Positions 1 through 9,061 of a stretch of 64,000 bases of DNA are shown here, in pieces. The translations under genes and the position numbers were made by a program. This DNA comes from an uncultured bacterium (lineage in GTDB: Bacteria > Krumholzibacteriota > Krumholzibacteriia > JACNKJ01). The stretch's first letter is position 1. Each line of letters starts with the position of its first letter. The notes under the pieces were generated by a model. That model saw only the letters and a program-made list of their open reading frames with translations, did no database searches and was not told the origin of the DNA. The stretch is from the NCBI GenBank assembly GCA_964627205.1, contig CAZVHI010000003.1, positions 4,830 through 68,829 on the forward strand. Reading direction: 5' to 3'.

Positions 1-872
1 CGGACACGCTGCTGCCGGGCCAAGGATACTGGATGGACCTGAGCGAGCCCTGCGAGATCACCGTGGACCTGGACATCTGGGGCAAGAAGGTCGGCGGCGG
101 CGACGAGCTCGCCGGGGAGTCGACTTCCCCGAGCGTGGTATGGGAGCTGCCCATCACGGTGACGCCAGCCGCGGAATACGGGAGCATCGCCCAGGAGCTC
201 TCCATCGGCGCGGCGACGGGCGCCAGCGCAGGGCTGGACCCGGCGCTGGGCGAACGCGAGGCCCCACCGAAACCTCCCCGCAGCGTCTTCGAGGCGCGCC
301 TCGCGGGCGAGGGCAACGGCCTCTACCGCGACCTGCGCGACCCCACAAGCGGCAGCTCGGTCTACACCCTGAGCTGGCAGGGCCCGAACGAGATCTTCCC
401 CTTGAGTCTCGTCTGGGATCCAGCGGAGCTCCCCGCGGGAGGTGCGGCGACCCTGAGCGACCCCGCGGGAGGTGCGCTCCTGCCTCCGGTGAACATGCGC
501 GAGACCGATCACGTGCTGATCCCCGCGGAGCTGGCGGAGGTCGGCGCGATTCTCGTCACGGTCGAGCACGGCACGCCGGGCGCCGACCTGCCCGCGGTCC
601 TCGCCCTGCACCACAACGTGCCGAATCCCTTCAACCCGAACACGATGATCCGCTTCGACCTCCCGCGGCCCTGCGGAGTCGAGCTCGCCGTCTTCGACCT
701 CACCGGTCGACTGGTGCGAAACCTGGTCTCCGGGCCCATGGAGGCGGGACGGCAAACGATCGAGTGGGATGGCCGCGACGGGCGAGGCCGCCAGGTCGCG
801 TCGGGAGTCTACTTCTCCCGCCTGAAGGCGGAGGATCGGGTGCTCACACGGAAGATGATGCTCGTCAAGTAG
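1..872 (+). CDS. Secreted repeat protein, 5'-truncated by the window edge, with an NPFNPxT-type (T9SS/FlgD-like) C-terminal sorting domain
   Basis: The frame is open from the window start. The C-terminus reads HHNVPNPFNPNTMIRFDL...GVYFSRLKAEDRVLTRKMMLVK, matching the C-termini of the 887-2764 and 9062-10672 products. It also carries a GLDPALGEREAPPKPPRSVFEAR module like the downstream paralog. Confidence 0.55.
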   Translation, partial: DTLLPGQGYWMDLSEPCEITVDLDIWGKKVGGGDELAGESTSPSVVWELPITVTPAAEYGSIAQELSIGAATGASAGLDPALGEREAPPKPPRSVFEARLAGEGNGLYRDLRDPTSGSSVYTLSWQGPNEIFPLSLVWDPAELPAGGAATLSDPAGGALLPPVNMRETDHVLIPAELAEVGAILVTVEHGTPGADLPAVLALHHNVPNPFNPNTMIRFDLPRPCGVELAVFDLTGRLVRNLVSGPMEAGRQTIEWDGRDGRGRQVASGVYFSRLKAEDRVLTRKMMLVK

Positions 873-886
873 AGAGGAGGAAGGTC

Positions 887-2764
887 ATGAGAACACGCTT
901 TGCACGACACTGCCCGGCCGTTCTTCTCTCGCTGTTGCTCGTCTGGGGGACGGCTCCGCCCGCAGCCGCGAGCGAGTGGACCGTCCTCCTGGACATCGAC
1001 AACGGCGGCGGGGCCGAGCAGGAACTGATCTTCGGCATCCACCCGGACGGCACGGACGGCGTCGACCCTGAACTCGGGGAGGTGGGGCTGCCCCCCTGGC
1101 CCCCGAGCTCGGTCTTCGACGCGCGCTTCATGATCGACGGCATCGAGGGCCTCCGCATCGACATCCGCGACGACAGTCCCACCGAACGTCTGCACGAGAT
1201 CCGGTGGCAGGCCGGCGAAGGGGGTTATCCCATCACGCTGCGCTGGGACCGCGAGACGCTGACGGCGGCGCTGCTGACCCTGATGGATGGCTTCACCGGG
1301 GACTTCATCGAGCCCTTCGACCTGTCGGAGGCCGACAGCCTCGTCATTCCGCCGGAGCTTTCGTTCATCGACAGGCTGGACCTGGTGGTCCTGCCCGACT
1401 CGGTCCTGCCGCGGCCGCCGGTCATCGATCCTCCGGTTCCGGATCTCCTCGCCTACGTGGGCCAGCAGTTCCTGGAGGTCGCCCTCGACGAGCACGTCGT
1501 CGATCCCGACACCCCCGCGGAGGAACTCACGTGGCTGGTCAGCGGGGACAACCCGCCTTGGATCCTGATCACCGCGGACAGGATTCTCCGCGTGGAGGTC
1601 CCGGCCGGCTGGTCCGGGTCCCAGGTCTTCCATCTGCGCGTGCTCGACCCGGGTGGGCTGGAGGACGGGCAGGACTTCCTGGTGAGCGCCGTGCCCGGCG
1701 GGCTGCCGACCTGGACCGTGAGGCTGACCCTGGAAAACGGCATTGGTGACCTGCAGCACGGCTACTTCGGCCTGCACCCCAATGCCACGGACGGCATCGA
1801 TCCCGATCTCGGCGAGGTGGCCCTGCCCCCCTGGCCCCCCGCCGAGATCTTCGATGCGCGTATGCTCCTTCCCGATGAGCTGACCCACTCCCAGCGCGAC
1901 CTCCGGCTCAGCGAGCCGGGGTCTGTGGAGTACCACGTCCAATGGCAGGCGGGAGACGGCGGATATCCCATCACCGTGTCCTGGGCAGAGGACCTGCCCC
2001 TCGGCGAGTTCCTCATCCGCGACGACATCGACGGCAGCTTCCTGCCGGAGCTCGACATGAACACGGCCCAGGTCCTGGTGGTGCCGGATTCCTTGGACTT
2101 CGTCACGGGCCTGATCATCTCCGTGGATCCCGTGGTGGACACGACCCCTCCCTTGGGTCCCTTCGACCTGAGGCTCACTGGTTACGCGCCGGGCGTGTCC
2201 GCCGGCCTGGAGTGGTCGGCCTGCGAGGAGGAGCACTTCGCCTACTACGAGGTGCTCTACGACTCGCTCTACTTCACGACCGAGTCGGATTTCGTTTGGG
2301 ACTGGACGGAGGATGCGGACCTGGGCCTGCAACAGACCACGACGACGACCGTGCTCCTGCCCGGTGACGCCGCAAGCTGGAACTTCCGCATCCGGGCCTG
2401 GGACGCATTCGGGAATCCGGGCGCCCTCTCACACCTCGTCTCGGCGGGAGATCCCGTGGGCGTGGAGGTCGAGACGCCGGGCACTCGAGCGACGCTCCTA
2501 CGGAACCACCCCAACCCCTTCAATCCGAGAACCCGCATCAGCCTCTCATTGAACGAGGAGACTTCCGTCTCCGTGGACATCTACGACCTCTCTGGCCGCA
2601 GGGTCCGCGTGCTCGCGCCCGAGGATCGCCTCCCGCCGGGGGTTCATCGACTGACCTGGGATGGAAAGGACGACGAGGGGAGGTCCCTGCCCTCGGGCGT
2701 CTACCTCTGCAGAGCCCAGGCGGGATCTAGCATCGTTACACGGAAGATGGTCCTATTGAGATAG
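887..2764 (+). CDS. Secreted repeat protein with internal duplicated modules and an NPFNPxT-type C-terminal sorting domain
   Basis: GGAGGA-type RBS before the ATG at 887. Signal peptide MRTRFARHCPAVLLSLLLVWGTAPPAAASEW. Two internal modules (GIHPDGTDGVDPELGEVGLPPWPPSSVFDARF and GLHPNATDGIDPDLGEVALPPWPPAEIFDARM). C-terminus HPNPFNPRTRISLSL...GVYLCRAQAGSSIVTRKMVLLR. The longer ORF-track call 140-2764 is a frame overrun upstream of the true start. Confidence 0.65.
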   Translation: MRTRFARHCPAVLLSLLLVWGTAPPAAASEWTVLLDIDNGGGAEQELIFGIHPDGTDGVDPELGEVGLPPWPPSSVFDARFMIDGIEGLRIDIRDDSPTERLHEIRWQAGEGGYPITLRWDRETLTAALLTLMDGFTGDFIEPFDLSEADSLVIPPELSFIDRLDLVVLPDSVLPRPPVIDPPVPDLLAYVGQQFLEVALDEHVVDPDTPAEELTWLVSGDNPPWILITADRILRVEVPAGWSGSQVFHLRVLDPGGLEDGQDFLVSAVPGGLPTWTVRLTLENGIGDLQHGYFGLHPNATDGIDPDLGEVALPPWPPAEIFDARMLLPDELTHSQRDLRLSEPGSVEYHVQWQAGDGGYPITVSWAEDLPLGEFLIRDDIDGSFLPELDMNTAQVLVVPDSLDFVTGLIISVDPVVDTTPPLGPFDLRLTGYAPGVSAGLEWSACEEEHFAYYEVLYDSLYFTTESDFVWDWTEDADLGLQQTTTTTVLLPGDAASWNFRIRAWDAFGNPGALSHLVSAGDPVGVEVETPGTRATLLRNHPNPFNPRTRISLSLNEETSVSVDIYDLSGRRVRVLAPEDRLPPGVHRLTWDGKDDEGRSLPSGVYLCRAQAGSSIVTRKMVLLR

Positions 2765-2789
2765 CTGTCAGACGGGGCGTGCGGCGACT

Positions 2790-2832
2790 TGTTGCCACGT
2801 GGCAAAACGGCGGCCGGGGGGCCGCCGTTTGG
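2790..2832. terminator. Two adjacent perfect palindromes between convergent genes, a candidate bidirectional terminator
   Basis: ttgccacgtggcaa (14-nt palindrome) followed by aaacggcggcc-gggg-ggccgccgttt (11-bp stem), with a T-run on the minus-strand reading. Lies between the + gene ending 2764 and the - gene ending 2866. Coordinates approximate. Confidence 0.45.
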
Positions 2833-2865
2833 TAAACCGACAGGTAGGGGCGCGCGGGCCCCGGG

Positions 2866-3534
2866 TCAGGCGGGGCCGGCGCCGTTGCCGATGCCGAGCC
2901 ACTGGCTGAGCAGGAAGATCACGCGCCCGATGAGGATCGAGATGCGGCCCATGATCGTGTAGCCGAACGCGGCGCCGAAGGAGATCATCAGGAACCAGAT
3001 GCCCACCTTGCTGACGCCGCCCACGAAGCCCTTGTGTTCGGCCGAGAAGAAGAAGTAGACGAGCACCGCCAGCACGCCGACCGTGATCACGATCATGCTG
3101 ATCCAGGCGCCGAAATCGCCCCAGTCCTGTGTCAGACGCACGATGGTGTCCGCCGACTGAGGCAGCACCTCGCCCTGCAGCTTCTGCATCATCTCGATGG
3201 CCGCATAGTAGCCCACGTAGATCGCCAGGGCGAAACGGTTCACCCAGGAGATCTTCCCGATGTAGCGCGCGTAGAGCACCAGACCCAGCACGATGGGAAT
3301 GATCAGCTCCCACCAGCGCCAGCTGAGGAACATGGTCGGACTCTCGTTGCGCAACGGATCGATGACGTTGGGCACGATGGTCTGGTCGAAGGTCTGGCCG
3401 ATGTAGTAGCCCAGGCTGACGCCCGCGAAGACGCTTTCGGCGAAACGGAAGAAGGGGTTGTCCTTGTAGAGGAAGCTGAAGATGCTGAGCGTGAAGAAGG
3501 CCCCCAGCCAGATGCCGATGGTTTCCAGTGTCAT
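2866..3534 (-). CDS. Polytopic membrane protein (about 6 TM), unknown function
   Basis: 222-aa ORF with multiple hydrophobic helices. Last gene of a co-directional five-gene membrane operon (7164 down to 2866) with 1-15 nt gaps. Confidence 0.55.
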   Translation of the reverse strand: MTLETIGIWLGAFFTLSIFSFLYKDNPFFRFAESVFAGVSLGYYIGQTFDQTIVPNVIDPLRNESPTMFLSWRWWELIIPIVLGLVLYARYIGKISWVNRFALAIYVGYYAAIEMMQKLQGEVLPQSADTIVRLTQDWGDFGAWISMIVITVGVLAVLVYFFFSAEHKGFVGGVSKVGIWFLMISFGAAFGYTIMGRISILIGRVIFLLSQWLGIGNGAGPA

Positions 3535-3547
3535 TGGCCGGCCCCCT

Positions 3548-4453
3548 TTACATCCGGCTCTTACGCCGGCGTTCCATGAGGAAGCCGACGTTGCCGAGAA
3601 TAATGAAGAGTGTGATCACCGTATAGACGAAGGCCTGCACGTTGGAGCCCTTGCCCGCATAGTAGACCGCCGAAGTGGTCAGCTCGTCGAGACGGGGGCT
3701 CCGTTCGCGCACCAGACGCTCGTACTCGGCGGCGCCCTTGAGGCCCCCGAGCAGGGCGAACATCTGCCCTGCGTTGTAGTAGGCGAAGTACTTGGGCGCG
3801 CTCACCGCCGTGCAGCCCACCGCCACCGGCAGGCCGTACTGGGCGTTGACCAGGTTGGCCCACCACTCGCCGATGATGCCGGTCGCCACGCTGAAGCAGA
3901 ACTTCACGTCTGCGTAGCCCCGTACCTCGCTGCTGAGAGGGTATTCCGTCAGCGGCGTGCCGAAGAAATCCACGGGGAAGACCGTGTGGATGTTCTCGTT
4001 CATCTGGCGCATGGTGGCCAGGCCACCATCCTTGTAGCCCAGGTAGACGAAGTCCGTGCCGTAGAACTTGCCCGGGAAGTGCGTACTCTCCAGAACGCCG
4101 TTAGGCGGGTCGATCTCGCCCACGCACAACTCGAGTTCCTGAATGCCCTCGTTGCGCCCGCCGATGGGATAGAGGGCCAGGGCCACGATCTTGAGGTCGC
4201 GATCTAGGGCGTGCCTGATCAGCGCGTCGGCCATGGGATCGTTCTCGGGCGCGGTCGATGGACCGTAGTCGAAGGACACCATGATCACCTCGCCCGGCGC
4301 CATCGCCTCGACGTAATCGTAGAGGGCCTGCACCTCGTCGCCCACCCGCACGGGCAGGGAAACGTCGACGATAATGAAGGTGACGGTGATCGCGCCCACG
4401 AAGAGGTAGATCCAGCGACGGTCCAGGTTCATGATCCGTTCGAAGATGTTCAT
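3548..4453 (-). CDS. Membrane-anchored protein: N-terminal TM helix, large soluble domain, C-terminal TM helix; unknown function
   Basis: 301-aa ORF. N-terminal hydrophobic helix YLFVGAITVTFIIV and C-terminal helix VYTVITLFIILGNVGFL. Tightly packed in the operon (ends 1 nt after the upstream gene). Confidence 0.55.
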   Translation of the reverse strand: MNIFERIMNLDRRWIYLFVGAITVTFIIVDVSLPVRVGDEVQALYDYVEAMAPGEVIMVSFDYGPSTAPENDPMADALIRHALDRDLKIVALALYPIGGRNEGIQELELCVGEIDPPNGVLESTHFPGKFYGTDFVYLGYKDGGLATMRQMNENIHTVFPVDFFGTPLTEYPLSSEVRGYADVKFCFSVATGIIGEWWANLVNAQYGLPVAVGCTAVSAPKYFAYYNAGQMFALLGGLKGAAEYERLVRERSPRLDELTTSAVYYAGKGSNVQAFVYTVITLFIILGNVGFLMERRRKSRM

Positions 4454-4454
4454 C

Positions 4455-5135
4455 CTATTCCCCCTTCTGCAGGCCCAGCCAAGACCGCTCGATGCCGAGC
4501 AGGATCCGCAGGGTCATGGAGGCGGCGCCCAGGGCGGCGCCGATGATGATGCCCCGCTGAGCGGCGGCATTGGGAACGTTCATGATCCAGTTGGTCGCAT
4601 CGGACATGAAGGGTAGGGCCCCCTGCGTGAGGGGATTCACGCCCAGCATGATGATCAGGGCCGAGCCCAGCAGCATGCCCGCCTCCAGGTTGCGCACCCG
4701 GAAGGCGCGAAAGGCGGCCGAGGCCACGTAGAAGGCCAGCAGGCTGAACATGGTGGCCTGCAGGGGTTGGAAGATGTAGTCGAAGACCCAGTCGAAGGCG
4801 GACTCGCCGCTCATGGTGCCGATGCCGCCGTCGAAGGCGTTCATCAGGCCGAAGATGGCCATGATGATCATCGACAGCAGCAGCCAGATGGCGTTGAGCC
4901 AGCCTGACGAGCGCTGCGAGATCTTCTTCATGTTCACCTGGAAGACGCTCACCACGCCCAGCAGCAGGGCGAAGCCGGAGACGATCACCAGCCACTGCTC
5001 GAGCGTGTCGTTGGACTTGGCCAGGAAACCCTCGGGGTTGTCGGTGCCCCCCATGGGCGTCGTGAAGAAGAAGGAGATGATCGGGAGCAATCCCGCCAGG
5101 AAGCACAGGAGAATCGGAATCCGTTTCTTAAGCAT
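4455..5135 (-). CDS. Polytopic membrane protein, unknown function
   Basis: 226-aa ORF with several predicted TM helices (LLCFLAGLLPIISFFF, WLVIVSGFALLLGVVSVF and others). Operon context. Confidence 0.55.
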   Translation of the reverse strand: MLKKRIPILLCFLAGLLPIISFFFTTPMGGTDNPEGFLAKSNDTLEQWLVIVSGFALLLGVVSVFQVNMKKISQRSSGWLNAIWLLLSMIIMAIFGLMNAFDGGIGTMSGESAFDWVFDYIFQPLQATMFSLLAFYVASAAFRAFRVRNLEAGMLLGSALIIMLGVNPLTQGALPFMSDATNWIMNVPNAAAQRGIIIGAALGAASMTLRILLGIERSWLGLQKGE

Positions 5136-5150
5136 CTCGCCTCACCTCCC

Positions 5151-6038
5151 TCATGATCCGCTGCCAGGTAGCAGCAGGTTCTGGAAGAAGGGATTCCCCG
5201 TGAAAGTGTAGAAGAGGATTCCCAGGATGATGACCATCAGCAGGACGAACTTGACGAAGTCCTGCCCCTTGATACAACCGAGCATCACCGGTTCCCGCGA
5301 CAGGTAGGCGCTGGCCGCGTAGAGCTCCTCGCCGATCAGCGTGTAGTCGCAGGTGGTGACGAAGAAGGGCAGCTGCGCCACTTGGGCCGTGCCCGCGATC
5401 TGGATGGCGCCGGTGGACTGCCCCGCCTCGGCCAGGAGCAGGCTCTCGGCGAAGAAGGAGCCGATCAGGAAGTTGGCCGCCGGCTTCTCGCGCACCATGC
5501 GTCCGGTCACCTGCGCCGTGTAGGCGAACTGGTCGTAGGTGAGGTAGGGCACCATCTCCTCGTGGAAGAGATCGGGACGGCCGGCCTCCAGGTAGGCCTC
5601 CTTCACCGTTTCCCGCGCCGCCGCATAGGTGAGCGGATCCTTCTGCGGGCTCTCCAGGGGCGTGCCGTACTCGGCGGTGTGCTTGGCCACGTGCTTGAGC
5701 ACGGCCAGGGCCGAGAGAGTCTCCACCTCGCCAACGGTACCGATGCCGGGGATGAACATCACCTTCCTGCCCAGCTCGGTGGAGCGGCCGATCGCCTCCT
5801 CCACGGCGTTGAGACCGGCGATGCGTCGCACGTAGAGTTCACGCCCGCTGCGAGCCATGCGGATACTGAACAGGATGACGATGGAGAAGAAGGCGAACAG
5901 GACGAAGGCGGAGACGTTCTCCGGCTTGAGCCCCCAGCCGGCCGGCTCCACCTCCTGGGCCAGCGCCGGTGCCGCCGTGCAGAGCAAGGCTGACAGCGCC
6001 GCGGCCGTGCGCAGTATCTTCAGGCATTGAATGATCAT
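5151..6038 (-). CDS. Secreted/membrane protein, paralog B of a tandem-duplicated pair, unknown function
   Basis: Start chosen at MIIQCLKILRTAAALSALLCTAAPALAQE (signal peptide) rather than the ORF-track start at 6092. About 85% aa identity to the 6247-7164 product, with long near-identical DNA stretches. Has a C-terminal hydrophobic helix. Confidence 0.55.
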   Translation of the reverse strand: MIIQCLKILRTAAALSALLCTAAPALAQEVEPAGWGLKPENVSAFVLFAFFSIVILFSIRMARSGRELYVRRIAGLNAVEEAIGRSTELGRKVMFIPGIGTVGEVETLSALAVLKHVAKHTAEYGTPLESPQKDPLTYAAARETVKEAYLEAGRPDLFHEEMVPYLTYDQFAYTAQVTGRMVREKPAANFLIGSFFAESLLLAEAGQSTGAIQIAGTAQVAQLPFFVTTCDYTLIGEELYAASAYLSREPVMLGCIKGQDFVKFVLLMVIILGILFYTFTGNPFFQNLLLPGSGS

Positions 6039-6990
6039 GGATCTCCTTGGAGTGACGAGGCAAGCAACGGGATTCGCCCTGGCCAAGCGCAAAACCCCGC
6101 TCCGGCGTAGGGCTGGATCCTAGCGAGCCACACCGGGCCGGGCAAGGAAAACCGGGTTCGGCGGCGCCCGCTGGGCGCGGTGGGGCCTGCCGGCGCGACG
6201 CAAAGCCCGGCACGGCGCGCCGGCGCAGCGAAATACCCGGCGCGCATCAGCCGCGCCCCAGCTGCAGCAGCTCGCGAACGACGGGATCTCCCGTCAGGGT
6301 GTACCAGAGGATGCCCGCGAGGATCAGGATCAGCAGCAGGAATTTCACCAGATCCTGCCCCTTGATGCAGCCCAGCATCACCGGTTCCCGCGACAGATAG
6401 GCGCTGGCCGCGTAGAGTTCCTCGCCGATCAGCGTGTAGTCGCAGGTGGTGACGAAGAAGGGCAGCTGTGCCACCTGGGCCGTGCCCGCGATCTGGATGG
6501 CGCCGGTGGACTGCCCCGCCTCGGCCAGGAGCAGGCTCTCGGCGAAGAAGGAGCCGATCAGGAAGTTGGCCGCCGGCTTCTCGCGCACCATGCGTCCGGT
6601 CACCTGCGCCGTGTAGGCGAACTGGTCGTAGGTGAGGTAGGGCACCATCTCCTCGTGGAAGAGATCGGGGCGGCCGGCCTCCAGGTAGGCCTCCTTCACC
6701 GTCTCCCGGGCGGCGGCGTAGGCCAGGGGGTCGCGGTTGGGCACCTCGAGCGGCGTGCCGTACTCGGCGGTGTGCTTGGCCACGTGCTTGAGCACGGCCA
6801 GCGACGAGAGAGTCTCTACCTCGCCCACGCTGCCGATGCCGGGGATGTACATCACCTTCTTGCCCAGCTCGGTGGAACGGCCGATCGCCTCTTCCACCGC
6901 ATTGAGCCCGGCGATGCGCCGCACGTAGAGCTTCCGACCCCGGCGGGCCAGCTGGATACTGACCAGAATCACGCCCGTGAAGACGATGAA
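5270..6990 (-). repeat. Tandem duplication: two roughly 0.9-kb units, each carrying one paralogous gene, with a near-identical central stretch
   Basis: DNA at about 5281-5790 and about 6367-6870 aligns with only scattered substitutions (for example agcatcaccggttcccgcgacag...gcgctggccgcgtagag in both), then diverges toward the ends. Confidence 0.8.
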
Positions 6991-7164
6991 GAGCACCAGG
7001 GCCGCGGCGTTCTCCGCCTTGACGCCCCAGCCCGCCGCTGTCTGGTCCTGGGCCAGGACGGGACTCGCCGTCGCGGCCAGGCAGAGTCCGGCCAGGCCGC
7101 AGCCGGCGGCGCGGGAACCGATGAGACCGCTGCGGCGCTTGCGCGACAAGAGCAACTCCCGCAC
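6247..7164 (-). CDS. Secreted/membrane protein, paralog A of the tandem-duplicated pair, unknown function
   Basis: 305-aa ORF. Signal/TM region, then a conserved GLNAVEEAIGRSTELG...TCDYTLIGEELYAASAYLSREPVMLGCIKGQD domain, then a C-terminal helix. Its start codon overlaps the hisC stop by 1 nt (TGATG). Confidence 0.6.
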   Translation of the reverse strand: MRELLLSRKRRSGLIGSRAAGCGLAGLCLAATASPVLAQDQTAAGWGVKAENAAALVLFIVFTGVILVSIQLARRGRKLYVRRIAGLNAVEEAIGRSTELGKKVMYIPGIGSVGEVETLSSLAVLKHVAKHTAEYGTPLEVPNRDPLAYAAARETVKEAYLEAGRPDLFHEEMVPYLTYDQFAYTAQVTGRMVREKPAANFLIGSFFAESLLLAEAGQSTGAIQIAGTAQVAQLPFFVTTCDYTLIGEELYAASAYLSREPVMLGCIKGQDLVKFLLLILILAGILWYTLTGDPVVRELLQLGRG

Positions 7165-8252
7165 TAGGAGACCACCGCCAGCGCGGCCAGGAAGATGGCG
7201 TTCTCCTCCGGCGTGCCCACTGTGACGCGAAAAAGCTCCGGGAAGGCGAAGGCCCCGAGCGGTCGCACGAAGACCCCGCGCCGGGCGAGGCCGTCGCAGA
7301 TCTCCTCGCAGCGCTCGGGGCTGCCCGCCTGGACCGCCACGAAGTTGGCGTGGCTATCCAGGCAGTCGAGGTCGAGGGCGGCCAGCCCATCGCGCAGGGT
7401 GGCGAGACCCTCTGCTGTGCCACGGAGCGTGTCCGCCAGAAAGCCCTGGTCCTCCAGGGCCGCGATCCCGGCGACCTGGGCCGGCAGGCTGGGCTCGAAG
7501 GTGAGCTTGACCTTCATCAGGTTGCCGATCAGCTCCTCGTGGGCGAAGCCGTAGCCGATGCGGACGCCGGCCAGCCCGTAGGCCTTCGAGAAGGTACGCA
7601 GCGTGATGATGTTGTCGTGGCGGTAGGTCAGCGAGTCGGGGAAGCTGTCCGCGGCGCTGGTGAACTCGAAGTAGGCCTCGTCGTAGATGACAAGGCAGCG
7701 CTCGGGCACGCGGGCCATGAAGGCGTCGAACTCGTCGCGCGTGAAGATGGTGCCCGTCGGGTTGTCGGGGTTGGCTAGGTAGACGATCTTCGTGTACTCG
7801 TTGATCTCGTCCGCCATGGCGGCGAGGTCGTAGCGGTAGTCGGGCGTGCGCGGGACGAGGTTCAGCTTCCTGCCGCTGCCGCGGGCCAGCACCATGAAGC
7901 CCACGAAGGTGCCCTCGGCCGTGAGGATCTCGTCCTCGTCGCAGAGGAAGGTGCGCATGATGGTGGCCATGATGCCTTCGCTGCCGCTGCCCACCACCAC
8001 GTTCTCGAGCTTCACGTCGTTGCGCAACGCCAGCAGTTCCCGCAGGCGCGTGGCGGCCATGTCCGGATAGCGGTGCAGCCCGTCCAGGCAGTCCCGGATC
8101 GCCAGCAGCGCCTTGGGCGACGGCCCCCAGGGATTTTCGTTGCTGGCCAGCTTGACGATGCGATCCAGGCCGAGTTCCGCGGCCCGCATGTCCTGGGGCT
8201 TGCCGGGGGAGTAGGGCTTCAGGCTCTTGATGGCTTTCGGGACCAGAGGCAT
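7164..8252 (-). CDS. hisC: Histidinol-phosphate aminotransferase
   Basis: 362 aa with class II aminotransferase signatures LASNENPWGPSP and TFSKAYGLAGVRIGYG (PLP lysine region). Confidence 0.85.
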   Translation of the reverse strand: MPLVPKAIKSLKPYSPGKPQDMRAAELGLDRIVKLASNENPWGPSPKALLAIRDCLDGLHRYPDMAATRLRELLALRNDVKLENVVVGSGSEGIMATIMRTFLCDEDEILTAEGTFVGFMVLARGSGRKLNLVPRTPDYRYDLAAMADEINEYTKIVYLANPDNPTGTIFTRDEFDAFMARVPERCLVIYDEAYFEFTSAADSFPDSLTYRHDNIITLRTFSKAYGLAGVRIGYGFAHEELIGNLMKVKLTFEPSLPAQVAGIAALEDQGFLADTLRGTAEGLATLRDGLAALDLDCLDSHANFVAVQAGSPERCEEICDGLARRGVFVRPLGAFAFPELFRVTVGTPEENAIFLAALAVVS

Positions 8253-8452
8253 GGCGTCCTCCGTGGATCGGGGTCTCGTCTTCGTGTCTCGTCTCCGCGG
8301 GCGCGGCCGCCAGGCAGCGCCGGTGGCAGATTAGTCATGGAAACTGGCGCGAGCAAGCCTGTTGGCCAGACTGAATTTCGGGACTAGAATCCTGATATAG
8401 CCTCCGCGGCCCCATGAAACACCGCCACCCATCGATCGCCAGAGGGAAGGTC

Positions 8453-8902
8453 ATGCAGCCGAAAGCAAAGAGCCTTACGGAAGCCTGGGGGGAGTGGGCC
8501 GTGCCGGGCGAGATCATCCAGATCCAGGGCGATAATGTCTTGTTCCGCCCCGGAGTGTCCACGCGCCCCTTCTGGCTCTACCTCGCGGAGGGGAGCCCTC
8601 ATCCGGAGGCGGTCGGGGTCGCCAACTTCATCATCCAGGCCGCTATCTTCAACTGCCAGAGGCTCTTCCCTCGCCGAGGCGAGGAGGTCAAGGTCCCCGA
8701 TCTGAGCTACCACAGCGACGAGCTGGAGCGGGCGCGGGGCCGGCTCCTGCGCGTCGGCGAGGTGGACGGCTCCTTCGTCCTGGACCTGGGGTTTCCGGTC
8801 GTGGTCGATCCGCTCGAGCAATGTCCGGAGCTGGGTAGGGCCCAGGAGGGTGACATCCTGGAGGCGGAGCTGATCCCACCCACGCGCGCCTATCTCGTGT
8901 AA
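8453..8902 (+). CDS. Hypothetical protein
   Basis: ORF with an agagggaagg RBS-like sequence 6 nt before the ATG at 8453. Codon usage matches neighbours. No recognisable domain. Confidence 0.35.
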   Translation: MQPKAKSLTEAWGEWAVPGEIIQIQGDNVLFRPGVSTRPFWLYLAEGSPHPEAVGVANFIIQAAIFNCQRLFPRRGEEVKVPDLSYHSDELERARGRLLRVGEVDGSFVLDLGFPVVVDPLEQCPELGRAQEGDILEAELIPPTRAYLV

Positions 8903-9061
8903 ATCAAAAAGTTAACGTCAATTACCGGAACACCCGCATGACCGGTGTGGAACGTTTTCGATCAAGTCCCCCTACATGAGCCGCCTGCGATTTGGTATAA
9001 TTAAGGGCGATCTCCCTAATATCCGCTGTCGATCCCCTGCTACTTCAACAGGACGGTTCTC

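Noticed and set aside
140-2764. ORF-track 874-aa ORF spanning two genes
   Set aside because: Its first roughly 250 codons are an Arg/Pro/Gly-rich alternative frame overlapping the real frame 1-872. The real gene starts at the ATG at 887, with a GGAGGA RBS and a signal peptide.
6035-7423. 462-aa minus-strand ORF overlapping paralog A and hisC
   Set aside because: Arg/Gly/Pro-rich composition typical of a wrong frame in 70% GC DNA. It overlaps two well-supported genes in another frame.
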